Shown: piece after piece, positions 17,102 to 22,087 of the stretch | How the letters are laid out: the number at the start of each line of letters is the position of its first letter | Position numbering within the stretch: the stretch's first letter is position 1 | Source: Calditrichaceae bacterium | GTDB taxonomy: Bacteria; Calditrichota; Calditrichia; Calditrichales; JBFXGD01 | Length of the DNA stretch: 22,087 nt | Assembly (NCBI GenBank): GCA_050178385.1 | Contig: JBFXGD010000046.1 | Coordinates: 1 to 22,087 of the forward strand | Reading direction: 5' to 3' | Notes under the pieces: model-generated | Databases searched by the model: none | What the model saw: the letters and a program-made list of their open reading frames with translations, nothing else | Told to the model about the DNA's origin: nothing | Position numbers and translations under genes: made by a program

Positions 17102-17878
17102 TTATTTTTTATTATCAAAGAATTCTTTCATTCGGGTTTTCCATTCCTTTGTGGAAGCCAGATACGCGAAGTTTTCAGCGGCGGAAACGGAATATTTTTC
17201 AATATCCACCAGTAATTGCTGATTTGTTACGCGTTTTGTCATTTCCAGGGCAAGATCAGAACCCTTTAAAATGTCCTCTGCCGTCTGAACTGACTTCTCC
17301 AATAACTGATCCGGAGTAGTCAAAATATCCACCAAACCCATCTTAAGGGCTTCTTTTGCACTGACCATTCTGCCTGTCATGAGCAGCTCTCTGCTTCTCC
17401 CAATACCGACAAGGGCATTGAGCCGCAAGGTGCATCCCACAGGAAGGATAGCGCCCAGACGAACCGCGGGAAATCCGATTTTTCCCGAATCGATCATGAT
17501 ACGCATGTCAGCCGATGAAGCAAGCCCGAAGCCTCCGCCAAGCGCATAGCCGTTCATTGCCGCTAAAACCGGTTTTGGAAACTGAAGCATTTCCTTCATC
17601 GTTTGTTCAAGCTGGAGAGCAAAATCACGGGCTTCTTCAATACTGCTGAATCCGGCCAAATCGCCAAGATCCACGCCGGTCGAAAAAGATTTATCTCCGG
17701 CGCCGGTGATGATGAGCAGCCGGACAGATTTATCGGCTGATAGCTCCCTGAACGCCGTCTGTAATTCTTTTAACAGGGAATAGTTTAAGGCGTTATGTTT
17801 ATCCGGTCTGTTTAGAGTCAGAATTGAGATGTTGTTTTTTGTCTCAATCAGAATATTTTCCATCTTTAATAGGCTCAT
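17102..17878 (-). CDS. Crotonase/enoyl-CoA hydratase-fold protein lacking the canonical catalytic glutamates
   Basis: LTLNRPDKHNAL, ITGAGDKSFSTGVDL, PKPVLAAMNGYALGGG, ELLMTGRMVSAKEALKMGLV. The start may be the second Met (17863). Confidence 0.9.
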   Translation of the reverse strand: MSLLKMENILIETKNNISILTLNRPDKHNALNYSLLKELQTAFRELSADKSVRLLIITGAGDKSFSTGVDLGDLAGFSSIEEARDFALQLEQTMKEMLQFPKPVLAAMNGYALGGGFGLASSADMRIMIDSGKIGFPAVRLGAILPVGCTLRLNALVGIGRSRELLMTGRMVSAKEALKMGLVDILTTPDQLLEKSVQTAEDILKGSDLALEMTKRVTNQQLLVDIEKYSVSAAENFAYLASTKEWKTRMKEFFDNKK

Positions 17879-17921
17879 ACTTACATCAAATCCTTAGTTT
17901 TATAAAATTACGGAGAATTAA

Positions 17922-19007
17922 TCAGATTATTTTATATTTTTGAAGTAATTCAAATTCCTGTTCAAAATTCGGGGTAAAAATATTGCTGCCGATCGTTTTT
18001 CGAATCTCAAAGACAGACCAGAAGCGGCCTGTTTCAATCTCATCCTTGTTTATTTTAAAGGGGCCGTCATGTTTTAGTTTAAATGTATGCACCAGTTCGC
18101 TTTCCCAGTGGTTTTTCATTACATACCTATACAAGGTTTCGGCCTGGCTGGCATCAACCCCCAGCTCCTCATCCGCTTCGCGTATAAGCGCCTGCTGAAT
18201 GGATTCACCGGAAGCGACATGCCCGCCTATGGAAGTATCCCAAAAACCGGGGAACAGATCTTTCCCGGCGGCGCGTTTCTGGAGATACAGCCTCCCCTGA
18301 CTGTTAAAAATATGTATGTGTACCGTAGGATGAATCAATTCCGGATTTCCGTGAACGGCGCTGCGGGCGGCCCTGCCCCTAATATTTCCTTTTTCATCGA
18401 CGATATCGAACCATTCTTCATTGTCAACAGCAACGGCTGCCCGTTTCCCCGGCCTGATGTATTTCAGATATAGCCATTGGCCTGCTAAAACAAGCGCCAT
18501 AATGATGTAGAAAAGCCCTCCGGAAATGAATGCCCAAGCTTCATTGCTCCAGAAATATGCAGAGTAAATGATGAGGATTGTATGGATTAACAGGATAAAA
18601 AACATGAGACGGCTCAGCATCCGGAATTGCCGGGCCTGTTCGGGTACTATTTTTTGATCTCCAAGATACCTTTTACCCAGCATTAATAAAATCGGTTTGG
18701 AAGAAAATGCATGAATTCCGAATAATATTAAAATGATCAGTTCAATCAGGGCGGGTTTTAATTTAAAAAAGATCTCATTGTGTAAAATAAGTGAAATTCC
18801 ACCCATTATAATAATCAGACCGGTGTCAAAAAAAACAAACTTTTCAATGATCCGGTAACGAATAAAATGATAAAGCAGTTCGATAGTACCGGTTATTATC
18901 GCCACTATTATTCCGATGACAGGACCAAAAAATTCGTCTGCTATGATAAAGACCAGAATAGGGAGAAATCCGATGCTAAAATTTTTTATCAGATCATTTT
19001 TTTTCAT
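17922..19007 (-). CDS. Fusion of a YciB/IspA-like multi-TM domain and a C-terminal NUDIX hydrolase (IDI-like subgroup)
   Basis: About six hydrophobic helices with the YciB-like HNEIFFKLKP motif, then EWFDIVDEKG, LYLQKR and Nudix box GGHVASGESIQQALIREADEELG. Confidence 0.85.
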   Translation of the reverse strand: MKKNDLIKNFSIGFLPILVFIIADEFFGPVIGIIVAIITGTIELLYHFIRYRIIEKFVFFDTGLIIIMGGISLILHNEIFFKLKPALIELIILILFGIHAFSSKPILLMLGKRYLGDQKIVPEQARQFRMLSRLMFFILLIHTILIIYSAYFWSNEAWAFISGGLFYIIMALVLAGQWLYLKYIRPGKRAAVAVDNEEWFDIVDEKGNIRGRAARSAVHGNPELIHPTVHIHIFNSQGRLYLQKRAAGKDLFPGFWDTSIGGHVASGESIQQALIREADEELGVDASQAETLYRYVMKNHWESELVHTFKLKHDGPFKINKDEIETGRFWSVFEIRKTIGSNIFTPNFEQEFELLQKYKII

Positions 19008-19060
19008 ATACTACCATATAGATTCAGGTTATCTGATAATTTATAGAACTTTTCCATAAA

Positions 19061-19089
19061 ATGGTACAGTTCACAGGAGTTTTTGTCAA
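19061..19089 (-). promoter_or_regulatory. Candidate sigma70 promoter for the NUDIX fusion and crotonase genes
   Basis: Minus strand: TTGACA (19089-19084), 17 bp, TACCAT (19066-19061). Confidence 0.6.
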
Positions 19090-19118
19090 TAATTATACAA
19101 AAAAAATTAAAAATCATT

Positions 19119-19147
19119 TTGAATACAAAAAATTAATGTATTATATT
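19119..19147 (+). promoter_or_regulatory. Candidate sigma70 promoter for the SNF2 gene
   Basis: TTGAAT (19119-19124), 17 bp, TATATT (19142-19147), preceded by an A-rich UP-like tract. Confidence 0.5.
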
Positions 19148-19196
19148 CATTACCCTATAGTGGTGTTGTTTAATGGTGATGCGACGGAGTTGAAAG

Positions 19197-22087
19197 TTGA
19201 AAATAGATATTAAAGATTTGAAGGATCGCGTACCGGATATTATTTTCCGACAGGGTATGGATTATTATAAAGATGGTCGTGTAAAAATAAAGCAGTGGGA
19301 TAATCTCTCAGTTCTGGCATCGGTTCAGGGGACATATCCTTACATTGTAAGATTAAGCGTGGACGACCGTTCGTTTGACGCCACATGCACTTGTCCATAT
19401 AATTATGTCTGTAAACATGCGGTCGCGGTGGCGCTAAAAGTAATTGAAGAGCAGGCCGTTACCGATCAGTCTATAGTGTCAGTAGGAGCGAACTGGCGTG
19501 AATATTTTGAGAAATTAATCGCCATACAACGGGTTGACAGTGATTTCTCTCAGGAAGTGCGCTGGAAATTAATCTATATCATCCATATTCTTGAAAATTA
19601 CTGGAATATTAAACCGGTCAAAGTCTATATGAAAAAAGACGGTACCTATGGCCGGGTTCAGGAACCATCATTCAACGAACTTTCGGCACAGAATGTCTTT
19701 CGGACTTCAGGCGATTTGATTGCAATCTCATATCTTGAGCGGCTGCAGTCCCAACAGTCATCCGTTTATTACCGGGGAAGGCTGGAGACCAGCTATCTTG
19801 GATTCGGTCTCGATGCCGGTCAGATTTTTAATCTGCTGCGTATGAGCGAATTGCATATAAAGAATGAAGACGGAACCATCGGAACGCGTATCCGTTTTGG
19901 TAAAAAGCCCTGGAGACTGACTTTTAAACTGCAGACAAATGAAGATAATTACTATTTTCAGCCTCATTTTTCCAGGGATGAAGAAGAAATACCGATTGAT
20001 AAGGATACAAAGATTCTCACGGTAAATCCGATATGGTTTTACCGGGACGCCAAACTTCATTATTGTGATTTTCCGCTGAGTTATTCGTATATCAAATCAT
20101 TTATTGACGAAAAATTACAAATTTCTCTGTCTAAAGATGAGTATCAGTCCTTCATTTCAGAGTATCTTGCAAAATTACCCATATTCCCGTATGTGGAATT
20201 TCCACCGGGAATTGAGGTAACTGAAATTACAAAGATCACGGGGAAGAGAATCTATATTGAGGAAATGGATGATCAGCTGGTGGTTTCTCTTTCATTGTTT
20301 TATAATGATATCGAAATTTCATTCAGTCAGGCCAATGATCAGTTTTTACATTACGACAATGAAACGCGTCAGATCATCCGGGTTCACAGAGACCGGCCAA
20401 GCGAAAATGAAATCCGGGATCATGTTCTCAACAGTGGAATTATCGAGGACACGCCGGGATTGTTTTATGCCACTTTTGAGGAAGCGCTCGACTGGATGTT
20501 TGACGGTTTACCGCGACTTGTGGATTTGGGTTTTGAAGTGATGGGTGAAGAGAGTCTTGTAAGATTCAAAGTCAAAAGGGCTAAAGCAAATCTGGGTGTG
20601 AATATTTCATCTGAAACGGACTGGTTTGATATAGAACTTGATTTAAAATTTGATGACATACCCGTCTCCCTTGCTGAATTGAAGAAAGCGTTGAAAGCTC
20701 AGAAAAAATATGTAAAGCTTCGTGACGGAAGCATCGCGCGTCTTCCGGAAAAACTTATCGAAAAATTTAATTATCTCCTGAATTTCGGAAGAGTAGATGA
20801 TAATAATATTCGTTTCGCAAATCACCATTTGACGTTTATCGATAAATTGCTGGTGGAAGCGGGCGAGAAAAAACTTGATGCCCTAAGTCATGAAAAACTG
20901 CAAAAACTTGATAAATTTGATAAGATTAAAGACTACAAATTGCCGGATAATTTTGTCGGGCAGCTTCGTGACTACCAGAAGGCCGGTTACGATTGGATGA
21001 ATTTTCTGCGCGAATTCTCCTTTGGCGGCATTCTGGCTGATGATATGGGATTGGGAAAAACAGTTCAGGCTTTGAGTCTGATTAGAAATGAAATCAATAA
21101 TAATTCCAAGAAAACGAACCTGATCATCGCGCCGACTTCGGTTATTTTTAACTGGATTCGCGAAATTGAGCGGTTCACACCCGGGATTGAATTTCATGTT
21201 CACTATGGGACAAGACGATCAAAAGATGCCAGGCGCTTAAAAAAATATCCGTTGATCCTTACCACATACGGTCATTTACGCAGGGATATCGTTTTTCTAA
21301 AAGAAATTACGTTCAATTACGCAATCCTGGATGAATCACAAAATGTAAAAAATCCGCACTCGGAAACATCAAAGGCGGTACGATTGCTGCATGCTCAAAA
21401 CAGACTCGCGCTAACGGGTACGCCGGTTGAGAACAATACAATGGACTTATGGTCCCAGTTTGCCTTTATCAATCCCGGTTTGCTGGGTGATCAGATATTC
21501 TTTAAAGACGCTTTTATGAAACCCATCGAAAAGGAGCAGAACGTTCAGGTGGCATCAACCCTGAAGAAGCTGATATTTCCTTTTATTCTCCGCAGGACAA
21601 AAGAGGATGTCGCGAAGGAGCTGCCGCCTAAAGTAGAAAGTATCATCTATTCTCCCATGTCGGATGAGCAGCAGAATCTTTATGATAAATGGCGTCTGTC
21701 ATACCGGAATTCAATTCTCGAACAGATTGAAACAACCGGTTTAAATAAAACAAAATTCAAAGTTCTCGAAGGACTGATGAAATTGCGGCAAATCGCCTGC
21801 CATCCGGGGCTGATTGATCCGAAGTATATGGATTCCGTAGGTAAGTTTGACGCCCTTAAGGAGATGGTTGAAGAAATTATTTCGGAAGGGCACAAGGTAT
21901 TGATTTTCAGTCAGTTCGTACAGATGCTTCAGATTATTAAACGATTCTTTGATGCCGAAAATATACCATATTCCTATCTCGACGGATCCACAAAAGACCG
22001 CGAAGCGCCGGTAAAGCAGTTTCAGGAAGATGACAATATTCGGACATTCCTGATCAGTCTTAAGGCGGGAGGAACCGGTTTAAATCT
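19197..22087 (+). CDS. SWIM zinc-finger SNF2-family helicase/translocase (partial, runs off the right edge)
   Basis: TTG start at 19197 with GGAG SD at 19186-19189 and an in-frame stop just upstream. SWIM CTCPYNYVCKH, LRDYQKAG, Walker A GGILADDMGLGKT (from 21024), ILDESQNVK, LTGTPVEN, ILRRTK, KVLIFSQF and LISLKAGGTGLN, all in one frame. Absent from the ORF track. Confidence 0.95.
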   Translation, partial: MKIDIKDLKDRVPDIIFRQGMDYYKDGRVKIKQWDNLSVLASVQGTYPYIVRLSVDDRSFDATCTCPYNYVCKHAVAVALKVIEEQAVTDQSIVSVGANWREYFEKLIAIQRVDSDFSQEVRWKLIYIIHILENYWNIKPVKVYMKKDGTYGRVQEPSFNELSAQNVFRTSGDLIAISYLERLQSQQSSVYYRGRLETSYLGFGLDAGQIFNLLRMSELHIKNEDGTIGTRIRFGKKPWRLTFKLQTNEDNYYFQPHFSRDEEEIPIDKDTKILTVNPIWFYRDAKLHYCDFPLSYSYIKSFIDEKLQISLSKDEYQSFISEYLAKLPIFPYVEFPPGIEVTEITKITGKRIYIEEMDDQLVVSLSLFYNDIEISFSQANDQFLHYDNETRQIIRVHRDRPSENEIRDHVLNSGIIEDTPGLFYATFEEALDWMFDGLPRLVDLGFEVMGEESLVRFKVKRAKANLGVNISSETDWFDIELDLKFDDIPVSLAELKKALKAQKKYVKLRDGSIARLPEKLIEKFNYLLNFGRVDDNNIRFANHHLTFIDKLLVEAGEKKLDALSHEKLQKLDKFDKIKDYKLPDNFVGQLRDYQKAGYDWMNFLREFSFGGILADDMGLGKTVQALSLIRNEINNNSKKTNLIIAPTSVIFNWIREIERFTPGIEFHVHYGTRRSKDARRLKKYPLILTTYGHLRRDIVFLKEITFNYAILDESQNVKNPHSETSKAVRLLHAQNRLALTGTPVENNTMDLWSQFAFINPGLLGDQIFFKDAFMKPIEKEQNVQVASTLKKLIFPFILRRTKEDVAKELPPKVESIIYSPMSDEQQNLYDKWRLSYRNSILEQIETTGLNKTKFKVLEGLMKLRQIACHPGLIDPKYMDSVGKFDALKEMVEEIISEGHKVLIFSQFVQMLQIIKRFFDAENIPYSYLDGSTKDREAPVKQFQEDDNIRTFLISLKAGGTGLN

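Noticed and set aside
19758..21895. Short ORFs listed in the track in this region
   Set aside because: They are antisense or off-frame shadows of the SNF2 gene. The same applies to the short ORFs nested in other genes across the window.
1..22087. Mobile elements, CRISPR arrays, tRNA/rRNA, prophage or defence island
   Set aside because: No transposase, integrase, repeat-spacer array or RNA-gene signature seen, and no obvious compositional break on reading.

Overview
Gene-dense bacterial chromosomal window made mostly of housekeeping genes. It probably comes from a diderm FCB-associated lineage such as Calditrichota. That is an inference from the PNPFNP-type C-terminal sorting domain, the plug-plus-porin protein, an LPS heptose epimerase and ordinary GGAGG Shine-Dalgarno sites. 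Gene order: 3' end of an outer-membrane beta-barrel gene; PAS sensor kinase and sigma54-dependent response regulator; small secreted DxDGDG-repeat protein; GNAT; transglutaminase-like protein; divergent family-1 uracil-DNA glycosylase; deoxyhypusine synthase-like protein; rfaD/hldD; 7Fe-type ferredoxin (-); plug-plus-porin outer-membrane protein; Xaa-Pro aminopeptidase; thioredoxin (-); MDR oxidoreductase (-); secreted M1 aminopeptidase; crotonase-fold protein (-); YciB-like membrane/NUDIX fusion (-); and a SWIM-SNF2 helicase that runs off the right edge. The two edge genes are missing from the supplied ORF track. I saw no tRNA, rRNA, CRISPR array, transposase or phage gene. I cannot demonstrate a new system from the sequence alone. 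The best leads are a candidate four-part envelope-sensing module, a UNG with remodelled DNA-binding loops, a crotonase lacking both catalytic glutamates next to a membrane NUDIX fusion, a possible polyamine-related gene grouping, and a hairpin-rich 480-bp intergenic region.
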